This document shows positions 9,377 through 18,478 of a stretch of DNA of 64,000 nucleotides, one piece after another. How positions within the stretch are numbered: the first letter of the stretch is position 1; every line of letters begins with the position of its first letter. The stretch lies in contig CALKGQ010000001.1 in the NCBI GenBank assembly GCA_938085425.1, positions 1,850 through 65,849 on the forward strand, read 5' to 3'. The stretch is from an uncultured Flavobacteriales bacterium. Its GTDB lineage: Bacteria > Bacteroidota > Bacteroidia > Flavobacteriales_D > Sanyastnellaceae. The notes below the pieces were generated by a model. That model made no database searches. It saw nothing but the letters and a program-made list of their open reading frames with translations, and was not told where the DNA came from. The translations under genes and the position numbers were made by a program.

Positions 9377-9616
9377 ATGGAATTGTTGACCATCCTTCTT
9401 GAAATTGGACAAGGCCTCGCAGGCCTCGGTGCAGGTGCTGCAGCTATCGGTGCAGGTATTGGTGTAGGTCGTATTGGTGGCTCCGCATTGGAAGCCATGG
9501 CACGCCAACCAGAAATTGCCGGTGACATTCGTTCCAACATGATTGTTGCAGCCGCACTTGTGGAGGGCGTTGCCCTTTTTGGTGTGATTGTTTGCTTGCT
9601 CGTCGCCCTCGGATAA
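9377..9616 (+). CDS. atpE: F0F1 ATP synthase subunit c
   Basis: GLAGLGAGAAAIGAGIGVG ... ARQPE ... ALVEGVALF hairpin proteolipid. Starts at ATG 9377. Confidence 0.92.
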   Translation: MELLTILLEIGQGLAGLGAGAAAIGAGIGVGRIGGSALEAMARQPEIAGDIRSNMIVAAALVEGVALFGVIVCLLVALG

Positions 9617-9620
9617 CCCT

Positions 9621-10118
9621 ATGGAGGCGCTTCTGACACCCGCATTTGGGACTGTCGTTTGGTCCACCATCGCGTTTTTGGTGGTGCTTTTCTTGCTGCG
9701 CAAAATGGCTTGGGGGCCGATTCTCCAAGCATTGAAAGAGCGCGAAGAGAGCATCGCAAATGCGTTGAACGAGGCGGACAAGGCGCGGTCTGAAATGGCC
9801 GAGCTCCACGCAAGCAACGACAAGTTGCTGCAGGAGGCCCGAGCCGAACGAGACTCCATGCTTCGCGACGCAAGGGAAATCGCCGACAAAATGGTTGCGG
9901 ACGCAAAGTCCAAAGCCAAAGAGGAGGCGTCCCGTGAAGCGGACACAGCAAGGCAAGCCATTGCCGTTGAGCGCAAGGCCGCAGTGGCGGAGCTCAAGGC
10001 AGAGGTGGCCAAGTTGTCGGTGAGCATTGCAGAGCAGTTGATCCGTACGGAACTTGCTTCCCCCGACAAACAGGAGGCGCTCGTGGCCAAACTCATTGAC
10101 GAAAGCCCGCTGAACTGA
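9621..10118 (+). CDS. atpF: F0F1 ATP synthase subunit b
   Basis: One N-terminal TM helix followed by a long charged helix (KEREESIANALNEADKARSEM...). Operon position. Confidence 0.88.
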   Translation: MEALLTPAFGTVVWSTIAFLVVLFLLRKMAWGPILQALKEREESIANALNEADKARSEMAELHASNDKLLQEARAERDSMLRDAREIADKMVADAKSKAKEEASREADTARQAIAVERKAAVAELKAEVAKLSVSIAEQLIRTELASPDKQEALVAKLIDESPLN

Positions 10119-10122
10119 CGAC

Positions 10123-10680
10123 ATGGCAACAGCACGCGTAGCAGCACGGTATGCGAAAGCATTGCTTTCCTTGGCCCAAGAGCGAGGGGAGGTGGAGGCA
10201 GTGGGCCGCGATCTAGAGACGCTTCATGGCGTCGTGAGCGGGTCCCATGACCTGGTCTTGCTCTTGCAAAGTCCCATTGTCAAGGCTGACAAAAAGCAAG
10301 CCGTGCTCGATGCCGTGTTGGGCGATCACTTGAGTGAGCTGACGTCCAGCTTTTTGAAGATTCTTGTGACCAAGGGCCGTGAAGGCTTGGTGGTCGACAT
10401 GGTCGACGAGGGGCAACGTCAATTGAACATTTTGCGCAACATCCAAGAGGCGTCCGTCACGACCGCGGTGCCTTTGACGGATGAGCTTCGCCAGCAGATT
10501 TTGGGCCAAATGGCCAAAGTGCACGACGGCGAAGTTGATATGGTCGAGCATGTGGATCCTGACATCCTTGGAGGGTACATCCTCCAAATGGGCGATCAGA
10601 TGATTGACGCCTCTGTCAAGCGCCAATTGCGGTCGCTCGGCAGGGAATTAACTGAACACGATTACGAGCCTGAATTTTAA
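10123..10680 (+). CDS. atpH: F0F1 ATP synthase subunit delta (OSCP)
   Basis: [15 protein letters not shown] start typical of delta/OSCP. Sits between atpF and atpA. Confidence 0.88.
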   Translation: MATARVAARYAKALLSLAQERGEVEAVGRDLETLHGVVSGSHDLVLLLQSPIVKADKKQAVLDAVLGDHLSELTSSFLKILVTKGREGLVVDMVDEGQRQLNILRNIQEASVTTAVPLTDELRQQILGQMAKVHDGEVDMVEHVDPDILGGYILQMGDQMIDASVKRQLRSLGRELTEHDYEPEF

Positions 10681-10700
10681 CGGGCGCAAATCACACAACC

Positions 10701-12278
10701 ATGGCTGACATCAACCCAGCAGAAGTTTCTTCGATCCTCCGGGAGCAATTGGCGGGCGCTACCAGTGCCGCCCAGCTTGAGGAGGTGGGCACCGTGCTCC
10801 AAGTGGGGGACGGCATTGCCCGCATCTACGGCTTGACGAGCGTAGAGTCAGGAGAATTGATTGAATTTGAAAATGGCGTTCGCGCCATCGTCCTCAACCT
10901 TGAGGAAGACAACGTGGGGGCTGTATTGCTCGAGCCATCAGGAGACCTGAAGGAAGGCAGCAAAGCCAAACGCACAGGCACCATTGCCTCTGTCAATGTT
11001 GGGGAAGGCATGTTGGGCCGTGTGGTCAACATGCTCGGAGAGCCGATTGATGGAAAGGGCCCCATTGCCGGGGAAACCTTTGCGATGCCGGTGGAGCGGA
11101 AGGCCCCCGGGGTGATTTACAGACAGCCTGTGAACGAGCCTTTGCAGACCGGCATCAAGTCCATTGATGCCATGATCCCCATTGGCCGCGGACAGCGCGA
11201 GCTGATCATTGGCGACCGTCAGACGGGAAAGACGACGGTGGCGATTGACACCATCATCAACCAAAAAGAATTTTACGACGCTGGAGAGCCGGTGTTCTGC
11301 ATCTATGTTGCGGTGGGCCAGAAGGGCTCCACAGTGGCTGGAATTGTGAACACCCTCGAAGCGGCTGGCGCCATGGCGTACACTGTCATTGTGGCCGCCA
11401 CAGCGTCGGACCCCGCCCCTCTTCAGTTCTACGCACCATTCACAGGAGCAGCCATTGGGGAGTACTTCCGAGACACCGGCCGTCCAGCATTGGTGGTGTA
11501 CGATGACCTCTCGAAGCAGGCCGTGGCCTACCGTGAGGTGTCTTTGCTGTTGCGCCGCCCACCGGGACGTGAGGCGTACCCAGGAGACGTTTTTTACCTT
11601 CACTCGCGGCTTTTGGAGCGCGCGGCGAAGGTGATAGCAGACGACAGCATTGCTTCCCAAATGAACGACTTGCCGGAGAGTTTGAAGGGCAAGGTGAAGG
11701 GGGGGGGCTCATTGACGGCACTCCCCATCATTGAGACGCAGGCTGGAGACGTTTCAGCCTACATCCCGACCAACGTGATTTCCATCACAGACGGACAGAT
11801 TTTCTTGGAGTCCAACCTGTTCCTTTCAGGTGTGCGCCCCGCGATCAACGTGGGCATCTCCGTGAGCCGTGTGGGAGGTTCGGCACAGATCAAGTCCATG
11901 AAGAAAGTGGCGGGTACGCTGAAGCTTGACCAAGCCCAGTTTCGGGAACTAGAGGCGTTTGCCAAGTTTGGATCAGACCTCGACGATGCCACGAAGGCAG
12001 TTTTGGGCAAAGGCGAGCGCAACGTCGAGATTTTGAAGCAAGCTCAAAACTCCCCACTTCCTGTGGAGGAGCAAATTGCCATCATTTACTGTGGCACCAA
12101 AAACCTCCTCAAGGCGGTTCCTGTTGACAAGGTGCGCGGTTTTGAAGTGGAGTTTTTGGCCTACATGCGGAACAAGCATGCCGACACACTGGCATCGTTG
12201 AAAGCAGGCAAATACACGAACGCGGAAACGGACGTCATCGAAGCTGCAGCAGCAGAAATGACCGCACGTTACGCCTGA
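10701..12278 (+). CDS. atpA: F0F1 ATP synthase subunit alpha
   Basis: Walker [30 protein letters not shown], full-length 525 aa. Confidence 0.97.
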   Translation: MADINPAEVSSILREQLAGATSAAQLEEVGTVLQVGDGIARIYGLTSVESGELIEFENGVRAIVLNLEEDNVGAVLLEPSGDLKEGSKAKRTGTIASVNVGEGMLGRVVNMLGEPIDGKGPIAGETFAMPVERKAPGVIYRQPVNEPLQTGIKSIDAMIPIGRGQRELIIGDRQTGKTTVAIDTIINQKEFYDAGEPVFCIYVAVGQKGSTVAGIVNTLEAAGAMAYTVIVAATASDPAPLQFYAPFTGAAIGEYFRDTGRPALVVYDDLSKQAVAYREVSLLLRRPPGREAYPGDVFYLHSRLLERAAKVIADDSIASQMNDLPESLKGKVKGGGSLTALPIIETQAGDVSAYIPTNVISITDGQIFLESNLFLSGVRPAINVGISVSRVGGSAQIKSMKKVAGTLKLDQAQFRELEAFAKFGSDLDDATKAVLGKGERNVEILKQAQNSPLPVEEQIAIIYCGTKNLLKAVPVDKVRGFEVEFLAYMRNKHADTLASLKAGKYTNAETDVIEAAAAEMTARYA

Positions 12279-12288
12279 CAACTGAGCC

Positions 12289-13173
12289 ATGGCAGGAGGA
12301 CTCCAAGAAGTACGCGACCGCATCTCATCGGTGCAGAACACCATGCAGATCACCTCTGCCATGAAGATGGTGTCTGCAGCAAAGTTGAGGCGGGCACAAG
12401 ATGCCATCACCCAGATGCGTCCTTATGCTGTGAAGCTGCAAGGGATTCTGTCCAACGTCAGCGCGAGCTTGGAACAAGGAGAAGGAACGTATTCCGAAGA
12501 GCGTGAAGCGAAACGCATCCTTGTTGTGGCCATTACCTCCAACCGGGGGTTGTGTGGGGCCTTCAACAACAACATTGTCAAAGAGGCTACAAAGGCGGTC
12601 AAAGAGGCTGCGGAATCAGGTCAGATTGTGGAGGTCTTGCCACTGGGGAAAAAGGCGTTGGACGCTGCCAACCGATTGGGTTGGTCTGTGGCAGAGGGGT
12701 TTGGCGATGCGCCAACCTCCTTGTTTGACAACCTTGATTTTGCCCACGCGTCAGAGGTGGCGAACACGGTGATGGATGGATTTGCGTCCGGTCATTACGA
12801 CAAGGTGGTTTTGGCCTACAACCAGTTCAAGAATGCTGCGGTGCAGCTGCCCACAAACGAGGCCTTTTTGCCCATGCTGCCAGAGGTGTCGGAGGCGGAA
12901 GGGGATGCCGGAGGAGAGTACATTTTTGAACCCAACAAGCAAGAGATTGTCGAACGGCTTTTGCCCAACGCGCTTCGCGTACAATTGTACAAAGCGCTCC
13001 TTGACAGCCACGCGGCGGAGCACGGGGCGCGGATGACCGCGATGCACCAGGCGACCGACAACGGTGGTGAGATCCTTCGGGACCTGCGCATCACTTACAA
13101 CAAAGCGCGACAGGCTTCCATCACGACGGAGATACTCGAGATCGTGGCGGGTTCTGAGGCTTTGGACGGCTGA
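12289..13173 (+). CDS. atpG: F0F1 ATP synthase subunit gamma
   Basis: RISSVQNTMQITSAMKMVSAAKLRRAQ N-terminus and ITTEILEIVAGSEAL C-terminus. Confidence 0.95.
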   Translation: MAGGLQEVRDRISSVQNTMQITSAMKMVSAAKLRRAQDAITQMRPYAVKLQGILSNVSASLEQGEGTYSEEREAKRILVVAITSNRGLCGAFNNNIVKEATKAVKEAAESGQIVEVLPLGKKALDAANRLGWSVAEGFGDAPTSLFDNLDFAHASEVANTVMDGFASGHYDKVVLAYNQFKNAAVQLPTNEAFLPMLPEVSEAEGDAGGEYIFEPNKQEIVERLLPNALRVQLYKALLDSHAAEHGARMTAMHQATDNGGEILRDLRITYNKARQASITTEILEIVAGSEALDG

Positions 13174-13225
13174 CGGCCGCAAGGCCCCTTTCCTTTTTGG
13201 CATGCTTTGTGGTTAGCTTGGTCCC

Positions 13226-14683
13226 ATGGGCTTGAGGCTTCGAATTTTTTTGGGGATGATGACCGTGGTGGTCTGTGCGCTGTTGGCCACAGGCTTTGTG
13301 GCGTACCGATATGGTGCAGATGCGGAGAGGTCCTACAATGCCCAGAGGCTGTTGCGAAAGGAGGCGGCACTGCAGCGAAGCTTGAGCTACATGCTAGAGC
13401 GAATGGGTGGACAAGTGAGCCAGGACAGCTTGGCATTGGTGTTCACCGACCGAATCTGTGAGTTGTCCGATGTGCACAGCTTGACGTTTTCCTTGTACAA
13501 CAGCAGCGGCCGATTGGTGACGACATCTGGTTCACGGTTGGGGGAGCGCCACGAAGTCGGCTTGAGGCTCAAGGCCACTGTGCTGCAATCTGCAATGGGT
13601 GGGACGGGAAGAACAGCGACAAGCCATTCAGGCGGCGGCACCGACGTGGTGTGGCCACTCGTGTCGTCAGATGGCAGTGTGTTGGCCCTTGGACACGTCC
13701 ATTACGACCCGAGGGAGGCGGAAGAGGCAGATTGGAGGGCCTTTCTGAGGCGATTGGCGCCTGTTTATTTGATGTTGTTTGTGTTGGTGGGGGTGTTGGC
13801 CTTCTCCTTGTCCAACTCGATTGTTGGCCCCTTGAAACGCCTGAGCGCAGACATGGGGACCAACCCTTTGCGAAGAAGACAAACATCGCATGCTTCCGGG
13901 TTGTCGTACCGTTGGAAGGATGAAATCGGAAGCTTGGTGACGTCTTACAACACGTTGCTCTTTCAGTTGCAAGAGAGCATGGAGGCCCATGCGATGTTGG
14001 AACGCGAGGGGGCTTGGCGTGAAATGGCACAGCAAGTGGCGCATGAAATCAAGAACCCCCTCACACCACTGAAGCTAGGTGCACAGCACCTGCAAAAGGC
14101 TTGGTTGGACGAAGCGCCCGATTTTGAGAAGCGTCTTCAAGGATATGTGCGCACTACCGTGCAGCAAATTGAGGCGTTGAGCAACATTGCGGAAGGATTT
14201 GCCATGCTGGCTTCAGACGGCGTGTCCAACCCTGTGGTTTTGGGTTTGGATGAAGTGCTCAAAGACATGGTCCTTTTCTTCGCCCCACAAGGCGTGCAAC
14301 TCGAGGTCCAGGGAGAAGGACCTTTCACGGTGATGGGCGATCCCACGAGGATGACGAGGGCATTCAACAACTTGGTTCAAAACGCATTGGAGTCAGGGGC
14401 CTCCAAGCCGGAGGTGATGGTGCTCCTGCGCAATAGGGGCGCTCACGTGGAAGCGGGCATCAGCGACAACGGAGAAGGCATCGAGCCCGATCGTCTTTCG
14501 CGCATTTTCGAACCAAAATTCACCACCAAAACACATGGACTGGGGCTGGGGTTGGCCATGGTTCGGGCCATTGTGCAAGGTGCAGGCGGAGAGGTGACTG
14601 TGGAGTCAGCTCCTGGGGAGGGAAGCATTTTTTGGGTGTGCCTTCCTTTCTTTCAACCGGAACAGGACGGGTCGACTGCTTGA
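13226..14683 (+). CDS. Sensor histidine kinase (TM sensor, HAMP-like linker, HisKA, HATPase_c); no adjacent response regulator
   Basis: H-box VAHEIKNPLTP, N-box NLVQNALES, G1 DNGEGI, G2 GLGLGLAMV. Confidence 0.85.
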   Translation: MGLRLRIFLGMMTVVVCALLATGFVAYRYGADAERSYNAQRLLRKEAALQRSLSYMLERMGGQVSQDSLALVFTDRICELSDVHSLTFSLYNSSGRLVTTSGSRLGERHEVGLRLKATVLQSAMGGTGRTATSHSGGGTDVVWPLVSSDGSVLALGHVHYDPREAEEADWRAFLRRLAPVYLMLFVLVGVLAFSLSNSIVGPLKRLSADMGTNPLRRRQTSHASGLSYRWKDEIGSLVTSYNTLLFQLQESMEAHAMLEREGAWREMAQQVAHEIKNPLTPLKLGAQHLQKAWLDEAPDFEKRLQGYVRTTVQQIEALSNIAEGFAMLASDGVSNPVVLGLDEVLKDMVLFFAPQGVQLEVQGEGPFTVMGDPTRMTRAFNNLVQNALESGASKPEVMVLLRNRGAHVEAGISDNGEGIEPDRLSRIFEPKFTTKTHGLGLGLAMVRAIVQGAGGEVTVESAPGEGSIFWVCLPFFQPEQDGSTA

Positions 14684-15406
14684 GGCATCATTGTCGAAGG
14701 GAGCGACACCCAGGTGCAGGAGGTAGAGCCCATCGGTGGCATGTTCAGGGACAAAGATCATTTCTGTGATGGTGGCCCCATGACGGGGATCCGTGGGAAC
14801 ATTCCAAAATGTGCGATGGGCGGCGAGCGCACCTCCGTCCTCCTCGCGGTCCACAGACGGCAAGTCCACAAGCAGATGCTTCACCCCAAGGGAGAGGACC
14901 CCTTTCATGAAGTCCGTTGTGAAATACGGCGGGTTGGTGTTGGACCAGTCGCATCTGGCTTTGTCGGGATCGTTGGGCAGAGTCCTGACCACCAACGCAT
15001 CCACAGAGTGCTTGCCCACCAAGTCTTGGAGTTGGTCCACATCAATGACGCTGTCTCCATTGGGCGTTTGGTGAGGGTGCACCGACAACACTTGGCAAGG
15101 GAAAAATGCGGGTCCAGAACGGAAGATGTCATCGACGCTCTTGATGTCTTTGGTGATGTGGCCCAAACTTTCTGTGTGGGTCCCATGGCCGTGAGGGTTG
15201 AAGGAAATGGTTCTAAAGTTCACAGCACCTCCTTCTGCAACCGATCCTACAAAACCTGCTCCGCGAACGGGCTCCATGGAAGGAGGTTCGACGTACCACG
15301 CAGTGGGGTTTTCCTTGCCATTTCCGCGCAATGGGATGCTCAAGTCGACGCCATTGTTCAACTCGGCCACCCAGATAGAGCCACCCCAGGAAAATTCACA
15401 GATCAT
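14606..15406 (-). CDS. Cyclase-family protein (kynurenine-formamidase-like, PF04199-type)
   Basis: HGHGTHTESLGH matches the HxGTHx[DE]xxxH metal motif. 266 aa. The 3' end overlaps the kinase gene by 78 nt (convergent). Confidence 0.65.
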   Translation of the reverse strand: MICEFSWGGSIWVAELNNGVDLSIPLRGNGKENPTAWYVEPPSMEPVRGAGFVGSVAEGGAVNFRTISFNPHGHGTHTESLGHITKDIKSVDDIFRSGPAFFPCQVLSVHPHQTPNGDSVIDVDQLQDLVGKHSVDALVVRTLPNDPDKARCDWSNTNPPYFTTDFMKGVLSLGVKHLLVDLPSVDREEDGGALAAHRTFWNVPTDPRHGATITEMIFVPEHATDGLYLLHLGVAPFDNDASSSRPVLFRLKERKAHPKNASLPRS

Positions 15407-15407
15407 G

Positions 15408-15448
15408 ATGGCAAGAAACGAAGAAAGGCGCCCCGAAGGACGCCTTTC
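15408..15448 (-). terminator. Rho-independent terminator after the outer-membrane protein gene
   Basis: Minus strand: GAAAGGCG(t)CC-TTCG-GG(g)CGCCTTTC hairpin followed by TTCGTTTCTT. Confidence 0.65.
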
Positions 15449-15470
15449 TCAGTTCGTGATGAGGTTCGAA

Positions 15471-16448
15471 TCACTCGAACAAGAAACCGACACGGAGCAT
15501 TCCGGTCGAGTACGTTCCCAAGAAGTTGGTACCATTGAAGTAGGCGTCGCGAGGGAAATCGCTTGCGGTGTCGAAGTTTTCTGGAGACTGGTCGTTCCAG
15601 GTGTTCCAGAGGTTGTCCACGGCGCTGTAAACACCAGCGTTTTCGCTCGCATCCCATGGCTCACCATTGATCACGTAGTTGACTTCTTGGTTGGTGCTCC
15701 ACTGGTAACCACTTTCTGTGGCTGTGTTCTGCACAAACTGAGAGGTGTTCTCGTCTCCAAAACCACCGTCAAAGTACATGTTGAACGCATCGTTGTCAGA
15801 CGATGTGATGGTGGAAGAGATGCCTGAAGTCTGTGAGAAGCGAAGTCCAGCTTCGAAACCCACGTAAATCGCATCGTTGAAGTAGTAGTCCGCACCGAAG
15901 AGGAGGTCGACGTTGATGGTCGACGATTTGACCTGGTTTTGGTAATCCCAAACCCCCCACTGGGCTGGATCTGGCTCGTCTTCCCAGAACGCCTGATCGA
16001 CGGTGTTTCCGTCAATGTTCACCGCGCTGTAGTGGTCGCGCTTGAGGGTGAATGAGGAACTGCCATAGCTCGCCGCAAAGGCAATGTAGGGGGACAGGTT
16101 GTCTGTGCCACGGAAGTGCTTCTCGTAGCCCACGCCAATTTCAAAAGAAGAGTGGTCGTTGGTGAGGTACAAATCGGGATGGGTCTCATTGGCAGCGCCA
16201 ACTTGGCCCAATGAGTTCTCGGGAACTGCGAGGTATTTGTTGCTGCTGTTGTTGAGCCCAAGTGTGACGCGAATGGCGGCGTCATCGTCCAAGAAGTTTC
16301 TGTACTTCAAAGTGGACGCATTGATGGGGTTGCCACCAAATGGGTTGAAGGCTACTTCAAAATTGTGCTCGCCGCCAAGCTGCTTTTGTGCTTGAACGGT
16401 CGTGAAGGCCATGGCAACCATGGCGAAGGTGAACATCAGTTTTTTCAT
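15471..16448 (-). CDS. Outer-membrane beta-barrel protein (porin-like), hypothetical
   Basis: Signal peptide MKKLMFTFAMVAMAFTTVQAQ. Alternating aromatic/Gly-rich strands. C-terminal ...LRVGFLFE. Confidence 0.6.
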   Translation of the reverse strand: MKKLMFTFAMVAMAFTTVQAQKQLGGEHNFEVAFNPFGGNPINASTLKYRNFLDDDAAIRVTLGLNNSSNKYLAVPENSLGQVGAANETHPDLYLTNDHSSFEIGVGYEKHFRGTDNLSPYIAFAASYGSSSFTLKRDHYSAVNIDGNTVDQAFWEDEPDPAQWGVWDYQNQVKSSTINVDLLFGADYYFNDAIYVGFEAGLRFSQTSGISSTITSSDNDAFNMYFDGGFGDENTSQFVQNTATESGYQWSTNQEVNYVINGEPWDASENAGVYSAVDNLWNTWNDQSPENFDTASDFPRDAYFNGTNFLGTYSTGMLRVGFLFE

Positions 16449-16610
16449 GACTGAGAATTAGATTTCATAGTTTCAGAGGTGCAAGAAAGCAAAGAACCGA
16501 GAACCACCGACATTTTCACCTTATCAACATTCACAAATCAGATTGTTGATAACCCAAAAAAGCCGTGAAAATCAGGGTGAGAGGATGGGTTGAAGACGCT
16601 TGTTCCCATG

Positions 16611-18458
16611 TTATTCGACGGTCACGCTTTTGGCCAAATTCCGAGGCTGGTCCACGTTGCAGCCTCTCATCAAGGCGATGTGGTAGCTCAAAAGCTGCAT
16701 GGGCACAGAAGTCAACAGTGGCGAAAGTGCTTCGTGAACTTTGGGCACCTCCAGCACGTGATCTGCCAATGCCCTGACCTTTGTATCCCCATCGTTGATG
16801 ATGGCAAGGATTTGACCGCCCCGCGCCTTCACCTCTTGAATGTTGCTCACCACCTTTTCGTAGACGTCATCTTGTGTGGCAATGAAAATCACGGGCATGT
16901 TTTCATCGATCAACGCAATCGGTCCGTGTTTCATCTCTGCCGCGGGGTAGCCTTCCGCGTGGATGTAACTGATTTCTTTGAGCTTCAAAGCCCCTTCCAG
17001 GGCCACAGGAAATTGATATCCACGGCCCAAATAGAGGGCATTTTCTGCCTGTGCGAATTGGGCCGCAATGTGCTCCACTGCGGAGGCATTGTCCAGCACT
17101 TGTTGGACGAGATCAGGGATGTTGTCGAGGCCCGTCATCAACCTCATGAAAGCTTGGTCGTTGAGCTTGCCAAGTCGCTTGCCCAAATGCATGGCCATGG
17201 TGGTCAACACGGCCACCTGTGCGGTGAAGGCCTTTGTAGAAGCCACACCGATTTCAGGACCTGCATGGGTGTAGGCACCCGCATCGGATTCGCGCGCGAT
17301 GCTTGAACCCACCACGTTGCATACCCCGAAGATGTGCGCGCCATGCTCCTTGGCCAACCGAATGGCCGCGAGGGTGTCGGCGGTTTCACCACTTTGAGAA
17401 ATGGCCAGAACCACATCGGTGTCACGGATGACCGGTTTGCGGTAACGGAACTCGGAGGCATACTCCACTTCAACAGGAATGCGCGCGAAGCTTTCGAACA
17501 GGTATTCCGCCACCAATCCAGCGTGCCAACTTGTTCCGCATCCCAGAATGAGAATGCGTTCTGCTTGTTCCCACTTCGCCCAATGGTCGTCGATTCCCGA
17601 CATCATGACTTCGCCTGATTGAAGACGGATGCGTCCGCGGATGGAGTCACGGATGGATTTGGGTTGCTCGAAGATTTCTTTCAGCATGAAATGGTCAAAC
17701 CCGGCCTTTTCAAGGGAGGCAATTTCCATTTCGATTTCATGTACCTCAGGGGTGACCACGGCATCGGCAATGGTTCGGATGGTCAGAGAGCCATCTCGGC
17801 CCATGGTGGCCACTTCTTCGTCTTCGAGGTAAATGACATTCTTCGTGTAGCCCACGATGGGCGTGGCGTCTGAACCGACGTAAAAGGCATTGTTTTCGCC
17901 AATGCCCACCACCAAGGGGCTCGATTTTCTGGCGGCGATCAATCGATCTGGTTGCGATTCGTCCAACACGACAATGGCATAGGCACCCACCACCTCCTTG
18001 AGCGCCACGCGAACAGCGTCGGGCAGGTCCAAGCCTGTGGAGCGGTGCACCTCGTCGATGAAGTGGGCCAAGACCTCGGTGTCGGTGTCGCTGGTCAAAT
18101 CGTGGCCCCTGTGGGTGAGCAGCTCCTTCAGTGCCTCATAGTTTTCGATGATCCCGTTGTGGATCACGGCAATTTTGCCATTGCCCCCCAAATGCGGATG
18201 GGCATTGCGGTCGCTGGGCGGTCCGTGAGTGGCCCAACGCGTGTGGCCAATGCCAACTGTGCCTTGAGGGACACCGGCACCGATATGAGCTTCTAGATTG
18301 GCCACCTTGCCTTGGCGCTTGTGCACCGACATCTCACCACCAGGCTCCACTGTGGCCACACCTGAGCTGTCGTAGCCCCTGTATTCAAGGCGCTTCAACC
18401 CATCGATCAAGATGGGGTAAGCAGGTTCAGGCCCCAGATACCCAACAATTCCACACAT
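16611..18458 (-). CDS. glmS: Glutamine--fructose-6-phosphate aminotransferase
   Basis: MCGIVGY N-terminal nucleophile, two SIS domains, canonical C-terminus ...AKSVTVE. 615 aa. Confidence 0.97.
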   Translation of the reverse strand: MCGIVGYLGPEPAYPILIDGLKRLEYRGYDSSGVATVEPGGEMSVHKRQGKVANLEAHIGAGVPQGTVGIGHTRWATHGPPSDRNAHPHLGGNGKIAVIHNGIIENYEALKELLTHRGHDLTSDTDTEVLAHFIDEVHRSTGLDLPDAVRVALKEVVGAYAIVVLDESQPDRLIAARKSSPLVVGIGENNAFYVGSDATPIVGYTKNVIYLEDEEVATMGRDGSLTIRTIADAVVTPEVHEIEMEIASLEKAGFDHFMLKEIFEQPKSIRDSIRGRIRLQSGEVMMSGIDDHWAKWEQAERILILGCGTSWHAGLVAEYLFESFARIPVEVEYASEFRYRKPVIRDTDVVLAISQSGETADTLAAIRLAKEHGAHIFGVCNVVGSSIARESDAGAYTHAGPEIGVASTKAFTAQVAVLTTMAMHLGKRLGKLNDQAFMRLMTGLDNIPDLVQQVLDNASAVEHIAAQFAQAENALYLGRGYQFPVALEGALKLKEISYIHAEGYPAAEMKHGPIALIDENMPVIFIATQDDVYEKVVSNIQEVKARGGQILAIINDGDTKVRALADHVLEVPKVHEALSPLLTSVPMQLLSYHIALMRGCNVDQPRNLAKSVTVE

Positions 18459-18478
18459 GACTTTTGGCTTTTGTCCGT

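Noticed and set aside
11699-11707. Long G homopolymers inside coding regions as potential slipped-strand phase-variation sites. They are G9 in atpA (11699-11707), G9 in the T9SS type B protein (61281-61289), G8 in the GT2 gene (40963-40970), G8 in the GT4 gene (30335-30342) and G8 at 23975-23982.
   Set aside because: They encode Gly-Gly-Gly (or Pro-Pro) runs and occur equally in essential genes such as atpA. This fits GGG codon preference in a GC-rich genome rather than contingency loci. No frameshifted copies were seen.
12279-13225. Absence of atpD/atpC after atpG as a possible deletion or rearrangement.
   Set aside because: A separate atpDC locus is the normal arrangement in Bacteroidota, and the junction shows no scars.
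18459-18478. glmS ribozyme or another cis-regulatory RNA upstream of glmS. Also a TPP riboswitch upstream of thiL (27129-27160).
   Set aside because: The spacers are only about 20 and 32 nt, far too short for these structured RNAs. glmS appears co-transcribed with the upstream lipoprotein gene.
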